This document shows, one piece after another, positions 1 to 9,521 of a stretch of 64,000 bases of DNA; the stretch's first letter is position 1, and every line of letters starts with the position of its first letter. The DNA is from Candidatus Kerfeldbacteria bacterium (GTDB taxonomy: Bacteria; Patescibacteriota; Patescibacteriia; UBA9570; XYC2-FULL-38-9). Below the pieces are notes generated by a model. It saw only the letters and a program-made list of their open reading frames with translations, ran no database searches and was not told where the DNA came from. The stretch covers positions 53 to 64,052 of the forward strand of contig JACPGJ010000007.1 of assembly GCA_016182555.1 (NCBI GenBank), read 5' to 3'. Made by a program: the position numbers and the translations under genes.

Positions 1-2776
1 TGGTTGCTTTGATCAACAATCCATCAGTCATTGAAGCAACGGTTTCTTCAGCATTGTCAATCACGATACCAGCCTCGTATGAACCTGCCGCAGCATTCGT
101 TGTTGCTGCTCCAGTAATCGTCAAACCAAACATGTCTCCATCAGCATCATTACCAGTGAGTAAAATCTCTGCTGCTGTTGCGTCTACAGCTGCTGTTGCT
201 CCATCATTTTGTGTTAATGCCACATTGATACCATCAACTGCTGCATTTCCTGCATTCACATCCAAGTCAACGATACCAGCAGTTTCTGTCATTGCTGCGC
301 TTGCATTCACGACCAAACCTTGTGAAGCTCCTGCGGCTAATGTCATGGTCTGCGCATCTCCTGCTGCATCTGGCGCTTGAGTGACGTTGCCATCAGCATC
401 CACATCAAAGTCGGTTAAATCAATCACGCCGGTGGTACCCGTAATGGTATTTGCACCGATATTCAATGCATTGGTGATATTGGAATCTGACACATCAATT
501 GCATCCACAATATCTGCATCTGTTGAAGATGTACTGTCAATCAAGATACCATCGGTCACAACGCTTGCCGTATTCTCAGCATTCACTAATTTCAACAATG
601 ATTCAGTTACTGTTGTTGAAGAAGTTGCTGCATTGGTCAACACCATTACATTTTGCGCATTTGAAGTGGTCGATTCAGTGTTCGTTAATGAAAAACTTGC
701 TAAATCAAATGCCACATCACCTTGACCAGCATTGGTCATGGCAAAATTTTCTGTGGTCAAGAACGACATATCAACGTCGCTGTTGAAAGCGGATGTTGAA
801 TTACTGGTCACTGTACCATTAAATGTGTTGTTTCCATTTCCAGTCAAACCTCCAGAAACCGTTAAGTTCGAGTTTGTTGTTGTTGCTGCACCTAACACAA
901 TCGATGATGCATTTGTTGCACCAATATTTAATTGGGCTGAAGATGCTCGGTCAAGACCACCGTCTGCATACATCACACCATCTGCTTCCAAATTACCTTC
1001 AATCATGACATCTTCACCATTGAGCGTGCTAGTTTCTGTTGCGTTACCAATTTCTAAGTTACCAGTGGTAATTGTTGTTAAATCAGTTCCTGTATCATGA
1101 GAAACGGTCATTCCACTATTTGCGGTAATTGTTCCACCAGAAGCGGAAAGTGTTAATCCACCGGCTACATCAAGTGTTGTACCACTATTGATAGTGAGCG
1201 TTCCAGAAGTAAAGGCATCTGACGCATCTGAACGTAAGAACGAAGTACTATCTACAGCATCCAGTGTTCCAGCATCTGTAATTGCTCCACTAAATGTTCC
1301 ATTGACAGTTAAATTCCCATCAAACACAGCATTTCCATCAAATTCCGATGTTCCTTCAACATAAAAATCTTCACCATTTTGGGTTGTACCGGGAGTTCCA
1401 TTACCCACTTTTAAATTGCCAGTAGAAACAACGAAATCATCGGTGGCTGCAGCAAGAGTGAGGGTATAATCACCAGCACCATCAGTAATACCACCATCTG
1501 CGTATGTCGTACCGCTATTTCCAGCAACGAATGACCCATCAGAAAACACATTGCCTTCTACACCAACAGTTCCGGCAACAAAGAGATCGTCGCCACCCAT
1601 GGTGAAACTCGCATTTGACAATGTTTCTGTGGTTGATGTTGAACCACCAACAACTAAATCTTCATCAATACGACCATCACCAGCATCCAGAATCAATCCA
1701 CCTGTAGAAACAGTTAAACCATCACTGAGTAAAAATAAACCCAATCCATCGTCATACGTTAATGAATGCGCTGTTGTGCTACCATCATCAGCAAAATTGA
1801 GCGCAACATCTTGATCTGCTGCTGTGGAGCTTGAATCTGAATCGAGTGTAAGAGAAGTAGAAGTACTACCAGAAAGATTCATGTCAGCAACTGCACCAGC
1901 AACATTAAGAGCACCGTCTACTTCCAACCCACCTTCAATATAGACATCTTCACCATCGAGCGCAGTACTTGGCGTACCATCTCCAACTGAAATATTTCCA
2001 GCCACTTGTGCGGAACCGTCGGCATAAATTGTTCCTTCAACACCTGCATCACCCGCAACAAAAATCTCACCACCATTCACGTTAAAATCAGAATCAGAAA
2101 TTGTTTCAGCAGAATCTCCAACTAATACATCAGAATCAAAAACGCCATCTCCTGAAGCGGAAACGGTCGTGAATGAACCAGCAGCGGCAGTTGTACCACC
2201 GATAACCGTATTGTTAATTGTTCCAGACGACACGGTCAGCGCATTCACTACCTCAGCATCACCAATAGCATCATCATCCAAGGCAAGGCCACCAGCAACG
2301 GTGACATCACCATCAAATGTTGCATCATCGGCAACCGTTAATGTGGTTGCGCCAACTTCACTCTCTGAAATAGTTCCACCAGTAATAGTGAGTGCGTCGA
2401 CAACCGCTGCATCAGTAATGGAATTTTCTGGTAAAGAAATAGTGCCTGCTTCGACTGTTAACCCATTTTTCGCCACGACTTCACCGGTAAAAGTTGCTTT
2501 CTTTCCACCTTTTACAATAAGAGCATCAGCAATTTTGACTGAGCCTTTACTGTTATACAGTGAACCTTGCAAATTAATGCCGTCCACGAACACTGGGGCG
2601 GCGGCGTTAATTAAACGTTGCTGCGCACCGCGCACGCTTGCTCCTTGCAAGTTTGTTGCGACTCCCTGGATAGGGGCCGCATTAGCGAGAGAGGGGAGTG
2701 CAATAAAAAACCCACCAATAAGAATGGTGGCAATCATTGCCCAAACTACTCCTCGCAATCCTCCGGTTGCACTCAT
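1..2776 (-). CDS. Large repetitive secreted surface protein (adhesin / beta-helix-like Thr-Gly-Val-Asp-rich repeats), truncated by the window edge
   Basis: The minus-strand frame is open from ATG at 2776 to position 1. N-terminus MSATGGLRGVVWAMIATILIGGFFIALPSLANA looks like a signal peptide. A spot-check mid-gene gives GGTITANSGMTVSHDTGTDL repeats. Plus-strand ORFs 9..2792 in three frames are compositional shadows. The ORF track lacks it because there is no stop inside the window. Confidence 0.6.
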   Translation of the reverse strand, partial: MSATGGLRGVVWAMIATILIGGFFIALPSLANAAPIQGVATNLQGASVRGAQQRLINAAAPVFVDGINLQGSLYNSKGSVKIADALIVKGGKKATFTGEVVAKNGLTVEAGTISLPENSITDAAVVDALTITGGTISESEVGATTLTVADDATFDGDVTVAGGLALDDDAIGDAEVVNALTVSSGTINNTVIGGTTAAAGSFTTVSASGDGVFDSDVLVGDSAETISDSDFNVNGGEIFVAGDAGVEGTIYADGSAQVAGNISVGDGTPSTALDGEDVYIEGGLEVDGALNVAGAVADMNLSGSTSTSLTLDSDSSSTAADQDVALNFADDGSTTAHSLTYDDGLGLFLLSDGLTVSTGGLILDAGDGRIDEDLVVGGSTSTTETLSNASFTMGGDDLFVAGTVGVEGNVFSDGSFVAGNSGTTYADGGITDGAGDYTLTLAAATDDFVVSTGNLKVGNGTPGTTQNGEDFYVEGTSEFDGNAVFDGNLTVNGTFSGAITDAGTLDAVDSTSFLRSDASDAFTSGTLTINSGTTLDVAGGLTLSASGGTITANSGMTVSHDTGTDLTTITTGNLEIGNATETSTLNGEDVMIEGNLEADGVMYADGGLDRASSAQLNIGATNASSIVLGAATTTNSNLTVSGGLTGNGNNTFNGTVTSNSTSAFNSDVDMSFLTTENFAMTNAGQGDVAFDLASFSLTNTESTTSNAQNVMVLTNAATSSTTVTESLLKLVNAENTASVVTDGILIDSTSSTDADIVDAIDVSDSNITNALNIGANTITGTTGVIDLTDFDVDADGNVTQAPDAAGDAQTMTLAAGASQGLVVNASAAMTETAGIVDLDVNAGNAAVDGINVALTQNDGATAAVDATAAEILLTGNDADGDMFGLTITGAATTNAAAGSYEAGIVIDNAEETVASMTDGLLIKAT

Positions 2777-2975
2777 AGGTTTTGGATTTTAAGTTTTGTT
2801 AATCTTTTTATTAGATAATTTTTCCAAAATATATTTTGGAAAACTATTTCGATGATAACACAATTGTTGAGTGTTGTCATAGGGTTAGTTATCCACAGAA
2901 AAAATTTCAACACACGCAAACATAAAAAAAATTTCTGAATGGGGGAAGAAAATAATATCGAAGAGAGAAAAAATG

Positions 2976-3386
2976 TTATTGCGTTCGTGTCGCGCGATCA
3001 ATCGCTTGGTTGACGAGCGCATCAGCCGCTGCATTGCGTTCACGAGGGATGTGGAAAAATTTTACCGCACCCATTGTGGAAATGAGTTGATGGATTTGGA
3101 GAAAAATTTTCGCTAAGTGTTGATCTTTTACACGATACTCTCGATTCATTTGTTTCACCACTAATTCACTATCTAAATAACAATCCACAGTTTGTGCACC
3201 GATGTTTTTTGCTGTGGATAACGTTTTCCACAGGGCAGTATACTCCGCTTGATTGTTCGTTGCCGTACCAATATATTCTGAAACTTGTGCCAGCACAGAC
3301 CCGGCATCATCATAAACAATACCACCAATTCCCGCTGGGCCTGGGTTTCCGCGCGCACCCCCATCGGTAAAAATTTTTACATTCAT
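2976..3386 (-). CDS. rnhA: Ribonuclease HI
   Basis: TDGGARGNPGPAGIG ... NNQAEYTAL ... HIPRERN..AD.LVNQA motifs. ATGA overlap with upstream recJ. Confidence 0.9.
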   Translation of the reverse strand: MNVKIFTDGGARGNPGPAGIGGIVYDDAGSVLAQVSEYIGTATNNQAEYTALWKTLSTAKNIGAQTVDCYLDSELVVKQMNREYRVKDQHLAKIFLQIHQLISTMGAVKFFHIPRERNAAADALVNQAIDRATRTQ

Positions 3387-5083
3387 GATTTTCGTAAATC
3401 TTTTAGCACTAATTGAATTTCACGGTTACCGTTCCATTCGTTCACTCCCACTGTGTACACGATGTCCACGTGGTCACCAGATTTTAATTGCTCGGCATAT
3501 TCACCTAAGCCAAAACCGATACACGAACGTCGCGTACCGTTATGAGATATTTTCAAACGAAGATGGTCACCCTTTTTTCCAATCGCGGAAATATCATCTA
3601 TGACCAAATCCATACTGGCAAACACGGGCTCTGGATTCCCTTCTCCAAACGGGGCAAACTGCTCCAGTGTTTCTATCAACGTCCAATCCACTGCCGGCAA
3701 GGCTAATGTGCATTCAATGTGCACACTCTTTCGTAAATCTACATCCTTCAACTGTTCAGTCGCCCGCGCACGCATGCGCTGCCGAAACGCTTCCAATGCT
3801 TCAGGATTTTTGAGCGAAAATCCACAGGCCATGGGGTGGCCACCATACTTACGAAATAACTCATCCATCGACTGCAACGCATCCACTAAATTGAATTGTT
3901 CAATCGACCGCCCAGAACCAACAATCTCCCCTCCCATATTCGTGATTACAAATGTGGGCCGGTAAAATGCCGATGCAATTTTGCCCGCAACCAAGCCCAC
4001 CAAACCTACCGGGCATTCGTTCGCTTCTACTACAATCACCGATTCATTCTGCTGCTGCTCTGCTTGCACCATTGCTATTTTCGAAATACGTTCAGAAATT
4101 TGTTGACGTTCGCGGTTGGTTTTTCCTAAATTTTCTGCCATCTCCGCAGCACGTTGCGCATCTTCTTCCACGAGCATATCAAAAGCCATGTTCGCATGTT
4201 TCACCCGACCAGCCGCATTGATATGCGGGCCAATTTTAAACGCAATCGTTTCTGTAGTCGCGGTTTGCGGCTCTACACCCATGACGGTAAATAATTCACG
4301 CAAACCCAAACGTTGGTTTCGGCGCAACACCACTAACCCATATTTCACAAATACTCTATTCTCGCCAGTAAGTGAGACGAAATCGGTAATGGTACTAATC
4401 GCTACCATATCTAACATCCATTTTTCAAAGGCTTCTCCCAAATTGTGCTTGCGAATGAGCGCCTGCGACAACTTAAACGACACACCAACGCCAGCGAGAT
4501 ATTTAAACGGATATGTTTCTTCAACCAGTTTGGGGTTCAACACGGCGCACGCACGCTCAGGTAATACCGGTGGCTGGGAATGATGATCCGTGACGATTAC
4601 TTGCATTCCCAATTGCACCGCTTCGTCAATTTCGGGCGCATTCGAAATACCGCAATCAACCGTAATAATAAGGTTCGTGCCAATATCATGCAACGACTGC
4701 ACGGTATGCATATTCAATCCATACCCTTCAGTGTCGCGGTGCGGCAAATACACATCAACTTCGGCACCAAGGGCTTGCAACGTTTTATACAATACGGCAG
4801 ACCCACAAACACCGTCAGCATCGTAATCACCATGAATGACAATTTTTTCGTGGCGTCGGATGGCCTGTTCAATGCGCGCAACTGCTTTGTGCATATCACG
4901 AAACAAGTAAGGATCGTGCTGGTCTTGGCCATAATCTGGTAATAAAAAACGATCTACCTGTTCTTGCGTGGTCATATCACGATTCGCTAACAATTGTACA
5001 ACCGTTGGATGCAATTCGGGAAAACGCGCCAACAATTCTGGTGCGGCGGGTTCAGCCATTTTCCATTGATAGTGTTCGTTCAT
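3383..5083 (-). CDS. recJ: Single-stranded-DNA-specific exonuclease RecJ (DHH/DHHA1)
   Basis: IHGDYDADGVCG and VTDHH motifs. Length 566 aa. Confidence 0.9.
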   Translation of the reverse strand: MNEHYQWKMAEPAAPELLARFPELHPTVVQLLANRDMTTQEQVDRFLLPDYGQDQHDPYLFRDMHKAVARIEQAIRRHEKIVIHGDYDADGVCGSAVLYKTLQALGAEVDVYLPHRDTEGYGLNMHTVQSLHDIGTNLIITVDCGISNAPEIDEAVQLGMQVIVTDHHSQPPVLPERACAVLNPKLVEETYPFKYLAGVGVSFKLSQALIRKHNLGEAFEKWMLDMVAISTITDFVSLTGENRVFVKYGLVVLRRNQRLGLRELFTVMGVEPQTATTETIAFKIGPHINAAGRVKHANMAFDMLVEEDAQRAAEMAENLGKTNRERQQISERISKIAMVQAEQQQNESVIVVEANECPVGLVGLVAGKIASAFYRPTFVITNMGGEIVGSGRSIEQFNLVDALQSMDELFRKYGGHPMACGFSLKNPEALEAFRQRMRARATEQLKDVDLRKSVHIECTLALPAVDWTLIETLEQFAPFGEGNPEPVFASMDLVIDDISAIGKKGDHLRLKISHNGTRRSCIGFGLGEYAEQLKSGDHVDIVYTVGVNEWNGNREIQLVLKDLRKS

Positions 5084-5520
5084 TGTTGAGCTGCTGTTCG
5101 TTGTTGATGAGTCAAAAGTTGTTTCACTTCATCTAGTAAATCACGTTGGTTCTGATGTTTCAAGCGGCGTTTGGCTTTTTCAATGGGGAGCCATGCATAA
5201 CGCGTATGTTCATGAGAAATGCGCACACGGTCGCGTGTTTGAATCAAAAAATAAACTACTTTTCGGCGAATCAGTTCGCCTTGATAATGAAAATCATAAT
5301 GCATGGAACGACGAAATCCTTCCACTAAGTGAAACCGTTTAATTCCCGTTTCTTCATAAATTTCACGGGTAAGCGTATCAATCTCTCGTTCGCCCTGCTC
5401 CACTTTCCCTTTCGGAAATTCCCAATATTGATTAAGCTGTTGAAATACTAATAAAATATGTCCACGAGTATTCACAACAATGGCGCCAACGCTTTTAGAG
5501 TTTTGTGGTGTCTGTTTCAT
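5080..5520 (-). CDS. NUDIX hydrolase
   Basis: Nudix box GKVEQGEREIDTLTREIYEETG. The ORF track extends to 5658 but that would overlap prs by 58 nt. The internal ATG at 5520 (MKQTPQN) has AAGGAG upstream. Confidence 0.75.
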   Translation of the reverse strand: MKQTPQNSKSVGAIVVNTRGHILLVFQQLNQYWEFPKGKVEQGEREIDTLTREIYEETGIKRFHLVEGFRRSMHYDFHYQGELIRRKVVYFLIQTRDRVRISHEHTRYAWLPIEKAKRRLKHQNQRDLLDEVKQLLTHQQRTAAQQ

Positions 5521-5599
5521 AGATCGAAAAATGACTCCTTTGTATGAGCCTGGGACAACGCAAGAGTCTATACTATTTATTCTACCGCTCCGAAGAATA

Positions 5600-6535
5600 T
5601 CACAATCTGGACCAACGAGCAATAGTATTCGCAAATAGAGATGAAACCGAGAGAACACGAATTTTATGCAATCGTTTTTTCTGTGGCAGGAAAATCGTAT
5701 CTGTCACAATAACCTGACGAATGCGTGCATTGGCAAGTCGTTCAATCGCCGGTCCAGAGAGAACGGCGTGTGTGCAAGCAAAATAGATATTTCGCGCTTT
5801 TTTCTTTTTGAGAATATCCACAATGCCCATCAGCGTACCAGCGGTATTAATTTCATCATCGATAATGAGAATATCTTTTCCTGCGACACCGCCTTCAAAA
5901 CGGTCAATCGTCACTTGATCGCGCTTAGAGAATACTCGGTGTTTAAATACCTTCACCAATGGAACCTGCAGCGCTTTGGCATAGCGTTCAGATTCTGGAA
6001 CAGCGCCTTTATCTGGCGCAAGTACCACGAAATTCTGTAATTTCTTTCCACGAAAATATTCAATAATGACATCAAACGCCCGTAACTCTTTCGATATCAT
6101 CTTTTCTTCTAAGAAAAATTTGCTGCTGCGATGTTTATGCAAGTCCATAACCAGTACACGAGTCACACCAGCCGCTCGTAACAATTTTGCAATGAGTTGA
6201 AACGACAACGACTCACCAGGCTTTGTTTGTTTTTCTTGGCGACGATACCCAAAAAACGGCATCACCGCAGTGATCCGTTTCGGTTTACCAGATTTTATTG
6301 CATGCACCATTAACAACAATTCCATCAAGTGCTCATTCGCTGGCATGCTTGTTGGTTGAATGATATAGACATCACGCCCAACAACATCTTCGTGTACAAT
6401 AACGTGCGTTTCTTCGTCCGAAAATTTCACTACTTCAATATTCCCCAACTTCAGATTCAATTCTTTCGCGACACGTCGAGCAAATGAACGATTCGCGGTT
6501 CCGGAAAAGAGCAGCGGTTGTGGGTTTTGACGCAT
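5600..6535 (-). CDS. prs: Ribose-phosphate pyrophosphokinase (PRPP synthetase)
   Basis: LLFSGTANRSFARRVAKEL, PRPP-binding ILIIDDEINTAGTL and MDLHKHRSS motifs. Confidence 0.9.
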   Translation of the reverse strand: MRQNPQPLLFSGTANRSFARRVAKELNLKLGNIEVVKFSDEETHVIVHEDVVGRDVYIIQPTSMPANEHLMELLLMVHAIKSGKPKRITAVMPFFGYRRQEKQTKPGESLSFQLIAKLLRAAGVTRVLVMDLHKHRSSKFFLEEKMISKELRAFDVIIEYFRGKKLQNFVVLAPDKGAVPESERYAKALQVPLVKVFKHRVFSKRDQVTIDRFEGGVAGKDILIIDDEINTAGTLMGIVDILKKKKARNIYFACTHAVLSGPAIERLANARIRQVIVTDTIFLPQKKRLHKIRVLSVSSLFANTIARWSRL

Positions 6536-6580
6536 GGGATATAACTAGTAATCTTTCAAAAAAGATAGCACAAGAGCGGT

Positions 6581-6907
6581 TTATTGTGAAGAGTAGTACG
6601 CCAGCCAACGAACCAAACGCTGTGCCTCTTCTTCAACGAGCGGGCCCGTATATTCCCCGGAATGTGCTGTGTGGCCTTCATAACTGGCTTGTTTTTGGTC
6701 AATGTGAATATCCATTTCGCATACAGGCGTTTGTGCGTGCGGATCGAAGCGGTTAATGTATAGATGATAGCGCGGATAAAATTCACGGCCAATACGTTGA
6801 ACGTAACTCGTTTTGCCGGTATTCGGATCAAGAAATTCATGATACCCCGCTTCTTCTAAAATCAATCGTGGTTGCTGCGTGAGTATTTTTGGCCAAACAA
6901 TTTTCAT
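6581..6907 (-). CDS. Hypothetical small protein, translationally coupled to upstream pfkB-family kinase
   Basis: Internal ATG at 6907 overlaps the kinase stop (ATGA). The longer ORF-track start at 7066 would overlap the kinase gene by 160 nt. Confidence 0.45.
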   Translation of the reverse strand: MKIVWPKILTQQPRLILEEAGYHEFLDPNTGKTSYVQRIGREFYPRYHLYINRFDPHAQTPVCEMDIHIDQKQASYEGHTAHSGEYTGPLVEEEAQRLVRWLAYYSSQ

Positions 6908-7899
6908 TCTTGTAATCGTTTCGGAAGATCGTTCCATTTTAATAATCCATTTTGCGCACCGATCTGTTGCACTAAGTGAGAAGCATTCAGTGTAGCCAAG
7001 CGCATCGATTTTTGTATATCTCCTTTGTAGCGAATCATGCCTGCCACAAATGATGAACCATAACAATCACCCGCTCCTGTGGTGTCTTTCGGGTGATCTT
7101 GCGGCGTATTCAAATGGTAGTGCTGTTTGCCATCATACGCATATGACCCTCCTCGGCCATTGGTGAGCAGCACGATACGTGGTCCAAAACCATGAATATA
7201 TTCAACCATCTCTTCCATACTATGGGCACCATACGATTGTGGCGATGTAAGTAGCAGCTCAATCGCTTCATCACGGTTGAGAATAAGAATGTCGGTTTCA
7301 CGAATGTAGGGTTTCAGTGTTCGAAAGCCCGCACTAATCTGTGTGGCACCCGGGTTCCATGCAATCTGTGACTGCTCATGCTTGTCAGAAAAGATGGTTC
7401 GCAAAATCTGTTTCCATTTCGGCGTATTCAGTGAGCCAAGATACAACCATTTCGTTTGTAATTGTGCATACTGTGTTGAGGTGAGTTGTAAATCTTGCAC
7501 GGCACCATAATAGACGTATGCCACATGATCACCGGTTTTCTCATCGATGGTTAAAAATGAAAAACCGGTTTGGTGCTTACTCGTTTTTTGCAGATAGCGT
7601 ATATCTACTCCCGCGGTTTGCAATTGCCGCTCAATACTTTGCCCATCAAAATCATCTCCGATGGCGGTAACGACAGCGGTACGCAACCCTAAACCGGCAA
7701 AATTCACTGCGGTATTGGCTGCACCACCACCAAATTCAAAATGCACATTTTCACTGCGAATTTTTGCTCCATATTCTACACAAATCAATTGTGAACGTGC
7801 AGGGTCTTTCGCGGGGTTATTCATTACACACGCTTGGTCTGTATAAAACATCACATCTCGTAGCGCACTACCGATGGTGATGACGTCAAATTTTTTCAT
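6904..7899 (-). CDS. PfkB-family carbohydrate kinase (ribokinase-like)
   Basis: GGGAANTA and DTTGAGD motifs. Confidence 0.85.
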   Translation of the reverse strand: MKKFDVITIGSALRDVMFYTDQACVMNNPAKDPARSQLICVEYGAKIRSENVHFEFGGGAANTAVNFAGLGLRTAVVTAIGDDFDGQSIERQLQTAGVDIRYLQKTSKHQTGFSFLTIDEKTGDHVAYVYYGAVQDLQLTSTQYAQLQTKWLYLGSLNTPKWKQILRTIFSDKHEQSQIAWNPGATQISAGFRTLKPYIRETDILILNRDEAIELLLTSPQSYGAHSMEEMVEYIHGFGPRIVLLTNGRGGSYAYDGKQHYHLNTPQDHPKDTTGAGDCYGSSFVAGMIRYKGDIQKSMRLATLNASHLVQQIGAQNGLLKWNDLPKRLQE

Positions 7900-7925
7900 A
7901 TCTGTTCGAATTTTTGTGGCTTGTA

Positions 7926-9521
7926 TTAATGAATTAAGCTTCGTGAAGTCATATCTGGTGGAATGGACAAACCCATCAGTGTTAAAATCGTCGGAGCTGC
8001 ATCAGAGAGTACACCAACCGGTTGCATGCGAGAGAGATCACCATCCGGAACAGGTGGCCACATCATCCGTTGTTGCCGCAACGTGGCATTCGCCATAATA
8101 AACGGTACAGGATTAGTCGAATGCTCCTTAATCATTTCTCCTGTTTGCAAATTCAATTTTTCTTCGGCGTTGCCGTGGTCGGCCGTTACAATGAGCGTAC
8201 CGTTCATCTGCAACACCGCGGCAGCCACCTTTCCAATAGCCACATCTTCTTCTTCAATCGCTTTGATCGTTGCTTGTAAGTTGCCGGTGTGCCCGACCAT
8301 GTCGGCGTTGGCAAAATTGGCCACCACAAATTGATACTGTTTGGTAGTCAGTTCAGTAACCATGCGATCAGCAATGCCATGCACAGACATGGCTGGCGTT
8401 TGATCATAAGACGTCACACGCGGTGAGGGAATTAAGACGCGTTCTTCATTTGGGTATTGTTCCTCTGTTCCTCCATTAAAGAAAAACGTGACGTGCGCAT
8501 ATTTTTCGGTTTCCGCAATATGGAGTTGGTGCATGCCCGCATCCGCAACAACTTTCGCAATGGGTGATTTCACATGATCGGGTTGAAAAGCGATTTTGAG
8601 CGGTAAGTTACTTTCATATTCCGTCATGGAAACAAACATCAAATTTTCAATCTGCCGGCCACGATCAAATTTTTGAAAACCCGGAAGAATAAATGTTTTT
8701 GTGAGTTGCCGTGCACGGTCTGCACGAAAATTGAAAAAGATAATTGCGTCATTATCGTTCATCGAACCGATCGGCGTGCCATCTTGCCCAATAATAACGG
8801 TCGGCTGAAATTCTTCATCAAATACCTGCTGGCCATACGCCACTTCAATGGCTTTGAGTGGACTATCAGAAACATGTTCCGATTTTCCATGGCGCATCGC
8901 GTTGTATGCCAATTGTGTTCTGTCCCAATGATTGTCACGGTCCATAGCGTAAAAGCGGCCCGAAAGTGAAGCAATTTTCCCCACATTCAGTTCGTGCATT
9001 TTTGTTTCCAGTGCCGCAATAAACCCAAGACCAGCATTGCGTGCTGTATCGCGGCCATCCAAAATTGGGTGAATGCGCACATGCTCACCAAGACCATTTT
9101 TCTGGCACATTTCGAGCAGTGCGTACAAATGTTGAATGCTGGAGTGAATTCCTCCATCGCTGACCATGCCCACCAGGTGCAAACGTGATTTGCGTTCTTT
9201 GACGGCATTCATGATACTCAAAAAGGCTTCATTACGAAAAAAAGATCCATCCGCAATGGATTTATTAATGAGCGGTAAATTTTGATAAATAATTTTTCCA
9301 GAACCAAGGTTCAAGTGTCCCACTTCCGAATTACCCATCTCGGCCCACGGCAATCCCACCACTTCGCCGGATGCATGCAACGTTACCGATGGATACTCTT
9401 GCATCAATTTATTCATATTTGGTGTGCGGGCAAGAGAGATTGCATTACCACGTGATGGTGCCGCAACACCCCAACCATCTAAAACGAGCAATACTAATGG
9501 AAGTAAAGCGGTGTTTGTCAT
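7926..9521 (-). CDS. gpmI: 2,3-bisphosphoglycerate-independent phosphoglycerate mutase
   Basis: LLVLDGWG, NSEVGHLNLG and VSDGGIHS motifs. Length 531 aa. Confidence 0.9.
   Translation of the reverse strand: MTNTALLPLVLLVLDGWGVAAPSRGNAISLARTPNMNKLMQEYPSVTLHASGEVVGLPWAEMGNSEVGHLNLGSGKIIYQNLPLINKSIADGSFFRNEAFLSIMNAVKERKSRLHLVGMVSDGGIHSSIQHLYALLEMCQKNGLGEHVRIHPILDGRDTARNAGLGFIAALETKMHELNVGKIASLSGRFYAMDRDNHWDRTQLAYNAMRHGKSEHVSDSPLKAIEVAYGQQVFDEEFQPTVIIGQDGTPIGSMNDNDAIIFFNFRADRARQLTKTFILPGFQKFDRGRQIENLMFVSMTEYESNLPLKIAFQPDHVKSPIAKVVADAGMHQLHIAETEKYAHVTFFFNGGTEEQYPNEERVLIPSPRVTSYDQTPAMSVHGIADRMVTELTTKQYQFVVANFANADMVGHTGNLQATIKAIEEEDVAIGKVAAAVLQMNGTLIVTADHGNAEEKLNLQTGEMIKEHSTNPVPFIMANATLRQQRMMWPPVPDGDLSRMQPVGVLSDAAPTILTLMGLSIPPDMTSRSLIH

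Noticed and set aside
9-2792. Five plus-strand ORFs (123-207 aa) with low-complexity translations
   Set aside because: They sit in all three frames antisense to a continuous minus-strand repeat-protein gene. They are compositional shadow ORFs.
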